From Nemertoderma westbladi (taxonomy: Eukaryota > Animalia > Xenacoelomorpha), in assembly GCA_032718475.1 (NCBI GenBank), contig JAUCBJ010008499.1, positions 62,001 to 126,000 on the forward strand: 64,000 nucleotides of DNA, in the 5' to 3' direction. The position numbers were made by a program, and so were the translations under genes. Every line of letters begins with the position of its first letter. Position 1 is the first letter of the stretch. The notes beneath the pieces were generated by a model. The model did no database searches. It was given only the letters and a program-made list of their open reading frames with translations, and was not told where the DNA came from. Below, one piece after another: positions 27,401 to 36,921 of this stretch.

Positions 27401-30400
27401 TAAGATAAACAATAAACACCAATGCTAGTGCTGTAAGATAAACAATAAACACCAGGTTTAGCTAGAGCTGTAAGAAAAACAATAAACACCAGGTCTATCT
27501 AGAGCTGTAAGATAAACAATAAACACCAATGCTAGAGCTGTAAGATAAACAATAAACACCAATGCTAGAGCTGTAAGATAAACAATAAACAGTAGTGCTC
27601 TAGAGCTGTAAGATAAACAATAAACACCAGTGCTAGAGCTGTAAGATAGACAATAAACAGTAGTGCTCTAGAGCTGTAAGATAAACAATAAACACAAATG
27701 CTAGAGCTGTAAGATAAACAATAAACACCAGGTCTAGCTAGAGCTGTAAGATAAACAATAAACAGTAGTGCTCTAGAGCTGTAAGATAAACAATAAACAC
27801 CAATGCTAGTGCTGTAAGATAAACAATACACACCAGGTTTAGCTAGAGCTGTAAGATAAACAATAAACACCAATGCTAGAGCTGTAAGATGAACAATAAA
27901 CACCAGGTCTAGCTAGAGCTGTAAGATAAACAATAAACACCAGTGCTCTAGAGCTGTAAGATAAACAATAAACAGTAGTGCTCTAGAGCTGTAAGATAAA
28001 CAATAAACACCAATGCTAGTGCTGTAAGATAAACAATACACACCAGGTTTAGCTAGAGCTGTAAGATGAACAATAAACACCAGTGCTAGAGCTGTAAGAT
28101 AAACAATAAACAGTAGTTCTCTAGAGCTGTAAGATAAACAATAAACACCAATGATAGTGCTGCAAGATAAACAATACACACCAGGTCTAGCTAGAGCTGT
28201 CAGATAAACAATAAACAGTAGTGCTCTAGAGCTGTAAGATAAACAATAAACACCAATGCTAGAGCTATAAGATAAACAATAAACACCAATGCTAGTGCTG
28301 TAAGATAAACAATACACACCAGGTTTAGCTAGAGCTGTAAGATGAACAATAAACATCAGTGCTAGAGCTGTAAGATAAACAATAAACAGTAGTGCTCTAG
28401 TGCTGTAAGATGAACAATAAACACCAGATCTAGCTAGAGCTGTAAGATAAACAATAAACACCAATGCTAGTGCTGTAAGATAAACAATAAACAGTAGTGC
28501 TCTAGAGCTGTAAGATGAACAATAAACACCAGTGCTAGAGCTGTAAGATAAACAATAAACACCAGGTTTAGCTAGAGCTGTAAGATGAACAATAAACACC
28601 AGTGCTAGAGCTGTAAGATAAACAATAAACAGTAGTGCTCTAGAGCTGTAAGATAAACAATAAACACCAATGCTAGTGCTGTAAGATAAACAATAAACAC
28701 CAGGTTTAGCAAGAGCTGTAAGATGAACAATAAACAGTAGTGCTCTAGAGCTGTAAGATAAACAATAAACACCAGTGCTAGAGCTGTAAGATAAACAATA
28801 AACACCAATGCTAGTGCTGTAAGATAAACAATAAACACCAGGTTTAGCTAGAGCTGTAAGATAAACAATAAACAGTAGTGCTCTAGAGCTGTAAGATAAA
28901 CAATAAACACCAGTGCTAGAGCTGTAAGATAAACAATAAACACCAGGTCTAGCTAGAGCTGTAAGATAAACAATAAACACCAGGTCTAGCTAGAGCTGTA
29001 AGATAAACAATAAACAGTAGTGCTCTAGAGCTGTAAGATAAACAATAAACACCAGTGCTAGAGCTGTAAGATAAACAATAAACAGTAGTGCTCTAGAGCT
29101 GTAAGATAAACAATAAACACCAATGCTAGTGCTGTAAGATAAACAATAAACACCAGGTTTAGCTAGAGCTGTAAGATGAACAATAAACACCAATGCTCTA
29201 GAGCTGTAAGATAAACAATAAACAGTAGTGCTCTAGAGCTGTAAGATGAACAATAAACACCAGGTCTAGCTAGAGCTGTAAGATGAACAATAAACACCAG
29301 TGCTAGAGCTGTAAGATAGACAATAAACAGTAGTGCTCTAGAGCTGTAAGATAAACAATAAACAGTAGTGCTCTAGAGCTGTAAGATAAACAATAAACAC
29401 CAATGCTAGAGCTGTAAGATAAACAATAAACATCAGGTTTAGCTAGAGCTGTATGATAAACAATAAACACCAGTGCTAGAGCTGTAAGATAAACAATAAA
29501 CAGTAGTGCTCTAGAGCTGTTAGATACACAATAAACACCAGTGCTAGAGCTGTAAGATAAACAATAAACAGTAGTGCTCTAGAGCTGTAAGATGAACAAT
29601 AAACAGTAGTGCTCTAGAGCTGTAAGATAAACAATAAACACCAATGCTAGTGCTGTAAGATAAACAATAAACACCAGGTTTAGCTAGAGCTGTAAGATAA
29701 ACAATAAACACCAATGCTAGAGCTGTAAGATAAACAATAAACAGTAGTGCTCTAGAGCTGTAAGATAAACAATAAACACCAATGCTAGAGCTGTAAGATA
29801 AACAATAAACAGTAGTGCTCTAGAGCTGTAAGATAAACAATAAACACCAGTGTTAGAGCTGTAAGATAAACAATAAACAGTAGTGCTCTAGAGCTGTAAG
29901 ATGAACAATAAACAGTAGTGCTCTAGAGCTGTAAGATAAACAATAAACACCAATGCTAGTGCTGTAAGATAAACAATAAACACCAGGTTTAGCTAGAGCT
30001 GTAAGATAAACAATAAACACCAATGCTAGAGCTGTAAGATAAACAATAAACAGTAGTGCTCTAGAGCTGTAAGATAAACAATAAACACCAGTGCGCTAGA
30101 GCTGTAAGATAAACAATAAACACCAGGTCTAGCTAGAGCTGTAAGATAAACAATAAACAGTAGTGCTCTAGAGCTGTAAGATAAACAATAAACAGTAGTG
30201 CTCTAGAGCTGTAAGATAAACAATAAACACCAATGCTAGTGCTGTAAGATAAACAATAAACACCAGGTCTAGCTAGAGCTGTAAGATAAACAATAAACAC
30301 CAGGTCTAGCTAGAGCTGTAAGATAAACAATAAACAGTAGTGCTCTAGAGCTGTAAGATAAACAATAAACACCAGGTCTAGCTAGAGCTGTAAGATAAAC

Positions 30401-33400
30401 AATAAACAGTAGTGCTCTAGAGCTGTAAGATAAACAATAAACAGTAGTGCTCTAGAGCTGTAAGATACACAATAAACACCAGTGCTAGAGCTGTAAGATA
30501 AACAATAAACAGTAGTGCTCTAGAGCTGTAAGATGAACAATAAACAGTAGTGCTCTAGAGCTGTAAGATAAACAATAAACACCAATGCTAGTGCTGTAAG
30601 ATAAACAATAAACACCAGGTTTAGCTAGAGCTGTAAGATAAACAATAAACACCAATGCTAGAGCTGTAAGATAAACAATAAACAGTAGTGCTCTAGAGCT
30701 GTAAGATAAACAATAAACACCAATGCTAGAGCTGTAAGATAAACAATAAACAGTAGTGCTCTAGAGCTGTAAGATAAACAATAAACACCAGTGTTAGAGC
30801 TGTAAGATAAACAATAAACAGTAGTGCTCTAGAGCTGTAAGATGAACAATAAACAGTAGTGCTCTAGAGCTGTAAGATAAACAATAAACACCAATGCTAG
30901 TGCTGTAAGATAAACAATAAACACCAGGTTTAGCTAGAGCTGTAAGATAAACAATAAACACCAATGCTAGAGCTGTAAGATAAACAATAAACAGTAGTGC
31001 TCTAGAGCTGTAAGATAAACAATAAACACCAGTGCGCTAGAGCTGTAAGATAAACAATAAACACCAGGTCTAGCTAGAGCTGTAAGATAAACAATAAACA
31101 GTAGTGCTCTAGAGCTGTAAGATAAACAATAAACAGTAGTGCTCTAGAGCTGTAAGATAAACAATAAACACCAATGCTAGTGCTGTAAGATAAACAATAA
31201 ACACCAGGTCTAGCTAGAGCTGTAAGATAAACAATAAACACCAGGTCTAGCTAGAGCTGTAAGATAAACAATAAACAGTAGTGCTCTAGAGCTGTAAGAT
31301 AAACAATAAACACCAGGTTTAGCTAGAGCTGTAAGATAAACAATAAACAGTAGTGCTCTAGAGCTGTAAGATAAACAATAAACAGTAGTGCTCTAGAGCT
31401 GTAAGATAAACAATAAACACCAATGCTAGAGCTGTAAGATAAACAATAAACAGTAGTGCTCTAGAGCTGTAAGATAAACAATAAACACCAATGCTAGAGC
31501 TGTAAGATAAACAATAAACAGTAGTGCTCTAGAGCTGTAAGATAAACAATAAACAGTAGTGCTCTAGAGCTGTAAGATAAACAATAAACACCAATGCTAG
31601 TGCTGTAAGATAAACAATAAACACCAGGTTTAGCTAGAGCTGTAAGATGAACAACAAACAAACACCAATGCTAGAGCTGTAAGATAAACAATAAACACCA
31701 GGTCTAGTTAGAGCTGTAAGATAAACAATAAACACCAGTGCTAGAGCTGTAAGATAAACAATAAACACCAGTGCTAGAGATGTAAGATAAACAATAAACA
31801 CCAATGCTAGTGCTGTAAGATAAACAATAAACACCAGGTTTAGCTAGAGCTGTAAGATGAACAATAAACACCAGGTTTAGCTAGAGCTGTAAGATGAACA
31901 ATAAACACCAGTGCTAGATCTGTAAGATAAACAATAAACACCAATGCTAGTGCTGTAAGATAAACAATAAACACCAGGTTTAGCTAGAGCTGTAAGATAA
32001 ACAATAAACACCAATGCTAGAGCTGTAAGATAAACAATAAACACCAGGTTTAGCTAGAGCTGTAAGATGAACAATAAACACCAGGTTTAGCTAGAGCTGT
32101 AAGATGAACAATAAACACCAGTGCTAGATCTGTAAGATAAACAATAAACACCAATGCTAGTGCTGTAAGATAAACAATAAACACCAGGTTTAGCTAGAGC
32201 TGTAAGATGAACAATAAACACCAGTGCTAGATCTGTAAGATAAACAATAAACACCAGGTCTAGCTAGAGCTGTAAGATAAACAATAAACACCAGTGCTAG
32301 AGCTGTAAGATAAACAATAAACACCAGGTCTAGCTAGAGCTGTAAGATGAACAATAAACACCAGTGCTAGATCTGTAAGATAAACAATAAACACCAGTGC
32401 TAGAGATGTAAGATAAACAATAAACACCAGTGCTAGAGCTGTAAGATAAACAATAAACACCAATGCTAGAGCTGTAAGATAAACAATAAACACCAATGCT
32501 AGAGCTGTAAGATAAACAATACACACCAGGTCTAGCTAGAGCTGCAAGATAAACAATAAACACCAGGTCTAGCTAGAGCTGTAAGATAAACAATAAACAC
32601 TAATGCTCTAGAGCTGTAAGATATACAATAAACACCAATGCTCTAGAGCTGCAAGATAAACAATAAACACCAGTGTACTAGAGCTAAAAGATAAATAAAA
32701 AGTTTGCAAATCTGAGTCACTTTGAAAGTGAATATATAAATCGTCACACAATCAAGGAGTAAGCCTAGGTCTTCATAACACGGTACAATACAGTAGGCCT
32801 ACTGCATAGCAGGTTCACTCACCGACGCAGTAGACCCCACCCCTCCCCCTACTGTAGCAGGTTCACTCACCGACCCAGTAGACCCCACCCCTCCCCCTAC
32901 TGTATAGCAGGTTCACTCACCGACCCAGTAGACCCCACCCCCCCCCCCCCCTACTGTAAAGCAGGTTCACTCACCGACCCAGTAGACCCCACCCCACCCC
33001 CCTACTGTATAGCAGGTTCACTCACCGACCCTGTAGACCCCACCCCTCCCCCCCCTACTGTATAGCAGGTTCACTCACTGACCCAGTAGACCCCACCCCT
33101 CCCCCCTACTGCATAGCAGGTTCACTCACCGACCCAGTAGACCCCACCCCTCCCCCCTACTGTATAGCAGGTTCACTCAACGATCCGGGAATGCTCAGAT
33201 AATGACTCCGACCCAGTAGAACCCACACCTCCCTCCTACTGTAAAGCAGGTTCACTCACCGACCCAGTAGACCCCACCCCCCCCCCCCCCCCCCTACTGT
33301 ATAGCAGGTTCACTCACCGACCCAGTAGACCCCACCCCTCCCCCTACTGTATAGCAGGTTCACTCACCGACCCAGTAGACCCCACCCCTCCCCCTACTGT

Positions 33401-33775
33401 ATAGCAGGTTCACTCACCGACCCAGTAGACCCCACCCCTCCCCCCTACTATATATCAGGTTAACTCACCGACCCAGTAGACCCCACCCCTCCCCCTACTG
33501 TATAGCAGGTTCACTCATCGACCCAGTAGACCCCACCCCTCCCTCCTAATGTATAGCAGGTTCACTCACCGACCCAGTAGACCCCACCTCTCCTGCCACT
33601 GTATAGCAGGTTCACTCACCGATCCGGGGAGGCTCAGATAATGACTCCTCCTTGGTCTCAACTTTAACGGTCGACGAATGAGTTAAATCCGGGCCAGTTC
33701 GGCGGATAATCATCTCAATAGTTCCCACAGTTTCCGAAACATTAAATTTGGACTTCATGAACTCTAACATTGGAA
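1..33775 (-). CDS. FREM2: FRAS1/FREM-family (FREM2/ECM3-like) ECM protein, partial, 12 exons: 33620-33775, 16832-17059, 13434-13640, 12914-13072, 11592-11777, 10451-10590, 10158-10313, 8934-9650, 4552-4756, 2140-2378, 824-1079, <1-436
   Basis: All introns are GT-AG and exon phases join into one open frame. Three Calx-beta repeats (PMLEF..RRTGPDL..EDY, PKVEF..RRTGDIS, PTIRW..GSATAGLDF) are followed by FREM2/ECM3-type C-terminal motifs GYPVVCITVCNP, PVISTRELS, ACLWRF, ASLYPTS, SGSYTIKLLPC, GYIPRY..GCL..YRFKLLDK. The symbol is the closest remembered family member; orthology is untested. Confidence 0.88.
824..1079 (-). CDS. FREM-like exon (IFDHSGSYTIKLLPC...GFTK)
   Basis: Acceptor tttacag and donor G|gttggg; phase 0 to 1. 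Confidence 0.87.
1240..1420 (+). mobile_element. Possible Helentron-associated (DINE-1/HINE-like) fragment
   Basis: (GACG/GACA)n microsatellite at ~1325-1360 after 'tacaaaatttggttgaaaat', then a GC-rich motif (gctaagggtcgccccaca) resembling 59880-59910; architecture only. Confidence 0.35.
2140..2378 (-). CDS. FREM-like exon (ASLYPTSITV...PRQWWTMKSQQE), missed by the ORF track
   Basis: Acceptor ttctccag and donor GAG|gttagt; phase 1 to 0; SLYPTS motif matches FREM2. Confidence 0.88.
2350..2880. repeat. ~60-bp tandem repeat, 9 copies, spanning the 3' splice site of exon 2140-2378
   Basis: Unit aaccgtgatactggtagggta(ga)n gg(c/t)tggggaataaaatatcggttgagttaca; the first copy is the real intron/exon junction. 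Confidence 0.95.
4552..4756 (-). CDS. FREM-like exon (MSTSSQSIMQLQLTVY...TDMVWAAGIVT)
   Basis: Acceptor tatttag and donor G|gtaaat; phase 0 to 1. Confidence 0.85.
4881..8866. repeat. 17-bp intronic minisatellite (GCAGTGCAACTGTGTCC)n, roughly 230 units
   Basis: Direct reading. Variant units (tgttcgcactcc, tgttggta, tgtttgta) and an internal ~1.09 kb re-duplication (7295 vs 8382). Confidence 0.97.
8934..9650 (-). CDS. FREM-like exon (VCNPIHPEF...DGAFPVISTRELS...ACLWRF)
   Basis: Acceptor catcag and donor AAG|gtgaat; 717 nt, phase 0 to 0. Confidence 0.92.
10158..10313 (-). CDS. FREM-like exon (LNETVVEI...GYPVVCIT)
   Basis: Acceptor tttcag and donor ACT|gtgagt. Confidence 0.88.
10451..10590 (-). 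CDS. FREM-like exon, Calx-beta C-terminal half (MDFPKDSS...EEDPEQF)
   Basis: Acceptor gttttag and donor ACG|gtaagt. Confidence 0.85.
11028..11250. mobile_element. MITE-like element, possibly Mutator-type
   Basis: Imperfect TIRs (GGG..gtaaaacgcggatccggattc / gaatccgga..tccgcgttttac..CCC); 9-bp flanks cagatagga/gagatagga with 1 mismatch; its internal segment recurs at ~11325-11455 and ~16165-16295. Confidence 0.55.
11592..11777 (-). CDS. FREM-like exon, Calx-beta N-terminal half (PTIRWES...GSATAGLDFEG)
   Basis: Acceptor ctttctag and donor G|gtatag. Confidence 0.9.
12043..12895. repeat. Near-perfect 23-bp minisatellite (AAATTATATTTACATACGAATAT)n, ~37 copies
   Basis: Direct reading; one substitution seen (~12404). 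Confidence 0.97.
12914..13072 (-). CDS. FREM-like exon, Calx-beta (CRVTLVKDEVFEGNETL...VEITDEED), missed by the ORF track
   Basis: Acceptor atatttag and donor A|gtaagt; 159 nt, phase 1 to 1. Confidence 0.9.
13434..13640 (-). CDS. FREM-like exon, Calx-beta (PKVEF...RRTGDIS...VIFPP)
   Basis: Acceptor ctcccag and donor A|gtaagt; 207 nt. Confidence 0.9.
14072..15819 (-). CDS. RNPC3: RNPC3 / U11/U12 snRNP 65K protein nested in a FREM intron; probable model join(15808-15819, 14072-15340)
   Basis: RRM1 (LLIKNLP..LRYFGA..KHCVFATF..LHQ), conserved middle block (YRYPEP..QVLHLMN..LPAPFG) and RRM2 (GEPSQKLYIKNL..GRMKGQAFV..GKPMIVAFAR). The 12-nt first exon (caacATGCAGACTTCG|gttagt) and acceptor ctcctttctcag at 15341 are inferred; an alternative unspliced ATG lies at 15421. 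Confidence 0.9.
16832..17059 (-). CDS. FREM-like exon, Calx-beta (ALALEDYLPIS...ILDDSSRPHSEGVETF...DIDDRWDD)
   Basis: Acceptor tttatcttacag at 17060-17061, which is the terminal satellite unit; donor T|gtaagt; 228 nt. Confidence 0.9.
17048..32695. repeat. 15.6-kb satellite of 33/35/37-bp units (~450 copies) matching the 3' splice site of exon 16832-17059
   Basis: Constant core ctagagCTgtaagataaacaataaaca with variable heads ccagtg, ccaatg, gtagtgct, ccaggtctag; minus strand reads tgtttattgtttatcttacAG|CTCTAG... Confidence 0.97.
32798..33622. repeat. ~50-bp tandem repeat, ~16 copies, containing the 5' splice site of exon 33620-33775
   Basis: Minus-strand unit TCG|GTGAGTGAACCTGCTATACAGTAGGGGGAGGGGTGGGGTCTACTGGG. 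Confidence 0.95.
33620..33775 (-). CDS. FREM-like exon, Calx-beta N-terminal half (PMLEFMKSKFNVSETVG...RRTGPDLTHSSTV), missed by the ORF track
   Basis: Acceptor cattatag and donor G|gtgagt; 156 nt; joins in frame to the exon at 17059 (..PPRIALALEDY). Confidence 0.88.
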
Positions 33776-34050
33776 CTATAATGTAGAACGAAATACTTAG
33801 TCATCATTATATTATATTTAATATGCCTTTACTTTTATTAGTAAAGTAACACACTGCTTTTACAATGTGCTCATCAGCGTGGTTTGTTACAAAATGAACG
33901 TATAAGTGAATGAAATTACATAGCGCTGTTAGTATTATCAGCGAGTAGTTAGATCACTGCAAAATTCAAGAGGTCAGCATATCACATTACAGCTGAGTAT
34001 TTAATAGTGAAGTAATGTGGTGAGGAAATTTACAGTGAAAGTGAAAGAAC

Positions 34051-34848
34051 CTGGGGGGTGTTTCACGTACCTTCATTTAATTTAGTTTAAATGACAGGAA
34101 GTTTTTGTGTTTCACAAAACTTTCATTTAAGCACCATTTATCCATCCTGTCATTTAACTTAAAATGGTATCATTTACGTAATTAGGTCTAATTTAATCTC
34201 ATTAACATAATTAGCCGTAATAATTAACCGTATAGCTTAATTAGTAGCTGCTTGTAGATTGTGGTAGATATTTTCCACCTCCTCTACAGGGGCAACACTA
34301 GTTGGAGAGTAGCACACAATCAGAACCACCTTAGGAAACTTATTAGCCAGTCTTCCAGAACATGAGAAGTGGCAACAGATGAGATTTGTAGGTTTTTTAG
34401 ATTTTAGATTTTTAGAGATTTGGTCTATTTTGTCCAATGCTGCATGTGCAGTTGGATTCATCAATAGACGAATTCCACCATTGCCACTATCATCTGCTGA
34501 TGCGAGGGCGAGTCGCCAACCGCCCCCCATGTCCTTAATCAGAACCTCATCAGTCTGTCCAGTCTGCATTCGGTGCTCTTGAACACCCACTGCGCTAAGA
34601 GAAAGCTTATCTGCCAAGGCAGTCAGCTCACCTTGTCGCATTGGGGACCCGAGTGTTAGGGTGTTTACTGTGGCTAGTCCAGTGACTTGCCTTAGATTCA
34701 CCAATGGCTTTGTTGGTCGGGGTGGAACATGAGAGTAGCCTCCAACTCCAGAATTTAAATAAATTATACTTCGTGAAACACACATTTATTAAATTATATT
34801 TTATTTACATTAATTTAGTTAAATGACGGTACGTGAAACACCCACCAG
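34051..34848. mobile_element. TIR-bounded non-autonomous DNA element enclosing a LINE endonuclease fragment
   Basis: 30-bp inverted repeats ctgg(g/t)gggtgtttcacgtacc(t/g)tcatttaa at 34051-34080 and 34819-34848; no clean TSD. Confidence 0.6.
34240..34750 (-). pseudogene. APE-type endonuclease fragment of a non-LTR retrotransposon (RTE-like)
   Basis: Motifs LATVNTLTL, VGVQEHR, GNGGI, IVCYSPTS..EEVENIYHNLQ; truncated. Confidence 0.8.
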
Positions 34849-35664
34849 AAACATTGAATCACACTACGGTTGTCGTGGCAATATCAACAAACAAAAAATG
34901 TAAATAAATTGAAATTCTAGCTATACTGTATAACCAACTCTCACATTTGTACCGGTCACTACTTTTCCTACTTCGATGTTCATATTAAATCCTATAAAAT
35001 GGGAGACATTCCATGATACTCTACAGTATAACATACTGGACATTGGATTTTCAGGTGGCATAACTTTGTGTTAAACAAACAACCAAGGATTCTTGCACAT
35101 AAAATGAAGAGGAAGATTATTGAGAGGAGTGGAAATATTGTCCGAGAGTCGACGCATCTAACGCTTCCCTTAAAGAAAGTTAAAGAATCCTTTTATAGAT
35201 AACAAAAGATTTGCTTCCTGCCAAACCTGATCCTATTATTGTTGGCGAGTGAATTTAATCAACTAGAGAGCGGTGAAGGATAGGAAAGTGGTCGCAACAT
35301 ATAACAATTTGCTGAATTAATCTTCTCCAAGGCCAACATACATGGTTCTTGTGAGTTGAGTGGATACAGAGGTGACTTACTCTATTCATTTAACCACGCA
35401 CTTCAATATGTAAACATTAAATTCATTTAGTTAGATTGGAAATGCGGGGTTCGAAATTCACGCCTTGAATAATCCAACTGGATTAGTCGACAATATACAG
35501 ATAATGGAACTTTGGAACACCAACATAATATAGGAAAACTAGGTTATTAATTCTATAAAACCCACTGCTAAAAAAATGATGTTTTTAATTCTAAAAAAAA
35601 CAAGGGGACGTGTCAAGTTGTTACATTATTATAACTATTGTTGGACACAGCTTTGCAAAGTCGG

Positions 35665-35752
35665 CAATGATGTCCAGGTGGGATCGAACTGGTGACCTCC
35701 GCGTTGGCAGTCTGACGCTCTAACAGAGCGTCAGATGAGAGCTAGCGGCTCA
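35665..35752 (-). mobile_element. Decayed tRNA-derived (Gly-GCC-like) SINE head or tRNA pseudogene
   Basis: Minus strand: TAGCTC..TTAGAGCG (A-box-like), loop CT-GCC-AA, GTTCGATCC (B-box); stems are degenerate. Confidence 0.5.
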
Positions 35753-35809
35753 GGTAAAAGATAGACCTGGAAATACTACATGATACCTTGTATGTCCGCA
35801 ATTTACCTC

Positions 35810-36921
35810 CTCATAGTCCCACAAGAAATGAAAACAAATAAGTTGGTGCCAGTTCCCAAGAAGGGCAACCTAACACTCTATGGTTCTTTTCGGAGAATCT
35901 CATTGATCTCGATTGCTGCAAAGCTATACAATAGAATTATATTAACTCGCATCAGGGATCCCATTGAGAGGCTGCTTCGTGGAAATCAGAATGGGTCCCG
36001 TAAAGGTAGTTGGGTCCATGGAGCCCATTTTGGCACTTAGAAGGATAATTTAAGAATTATAAAAAACTGTTATCTTTGTTGACTTCTCCAAGGCATTTGA
36101 TTCAGTCTCTCGCTCACGTATGTTCAGTATACTTTCATTATATGGGATTCCTGATTAAATTATAGCAGTAATCCGATCAGTATACCATGGTTAAACAACA
36201 TTTGTGTCTACTGTTGACGGTGACACAGAACCATTTGAAGTGTTATGGGGAGTCTTCCAGGGAGACACACTTGCACCATTCTTGTTCATAATTGTGGTTG
36301 ACTATGTTCTACGCATGTTGCTGATGACTTAGGAGAACTCTCAGAATCACTAGAGGGAGCCCAACGGCTCCTCAGCTCATTATAACATGCTGCTTCTAGT
36401 ATAATATTGGTCTTTTTATTAACTCCAAAAATACCAAAATTTAGACAGTTAACTTTGAAAGTCATCAGCAAGTCTCTGACCGGATGAGCATAAGCTCAAA
36501 GGATGGTATGCTTGAGCATGTGGACGACTTCTGTTACCTGGGATCATGGATATGGAAGTCAGGTGAGGACCTTCGAATACGTAAGGGATAGGCATGGGCA
36601 GCCTTGAATAGGCTTTCCAGGATTTGGAAGTCACCGAAAATTAATCGGAAACTTAAGGTCCGGTTATTTAGAGCAGCAGTAGTTCCAGTACTCCTCTATG
36701 GGAGTCCATGCTGGGCTCTAACTGCTGAGGACACCAAATCTCTGGACGGCACATTCACAAGAATGCTACGCCGGGTTCATTGTGTCAAGTTCAATGCACA
36801 CATCTCCAACCAGACACTATATAACATTGGAGGTGTCTCATTGGTTCCCCCAAGCTTGACACTAGAACAAAATCGCCTCCGCTTTGCAGGACATTGCTTT
36901 CGCCGTGAGGACCAGGCAGTG
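35810..36921 (+). pseudogene. Degenerate reverse transcriptase of an RTE-like LINE
   Basis: PVPKKG..RISL..AKLYN, FVDFSKAFDS, GVFQGDTLAPFLF, VADD, FCYLGS, VLLYG, RLRFAGH; several stops and frameshifts; ends abruptly at the LTR. Confidence 0.9.

Noticed and set aside
17639-32563. Hydrophobic ORFs (LFIVYLTALAL...) resembling membrane proteins
   Set aside because: Products of the acceptor satellite, mostly with non-ATG starts and constant frameshifts.
17048-32695. CRISPR-like look (constant ~27-bp core with variable short spacers)
   Set aside because: The variable parts are a few related 6-10 nt variants rather than unique spacers, there are no cas genes, and the context is a eukaryotic intron.
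35665-35752. Functional tRNA-Gly gene
   Set aside because: Anticodon, T and acceptor stems do not pair properly and the D arm is disrupted by an inverted duplication; kept only as a SINE or pseudogene.
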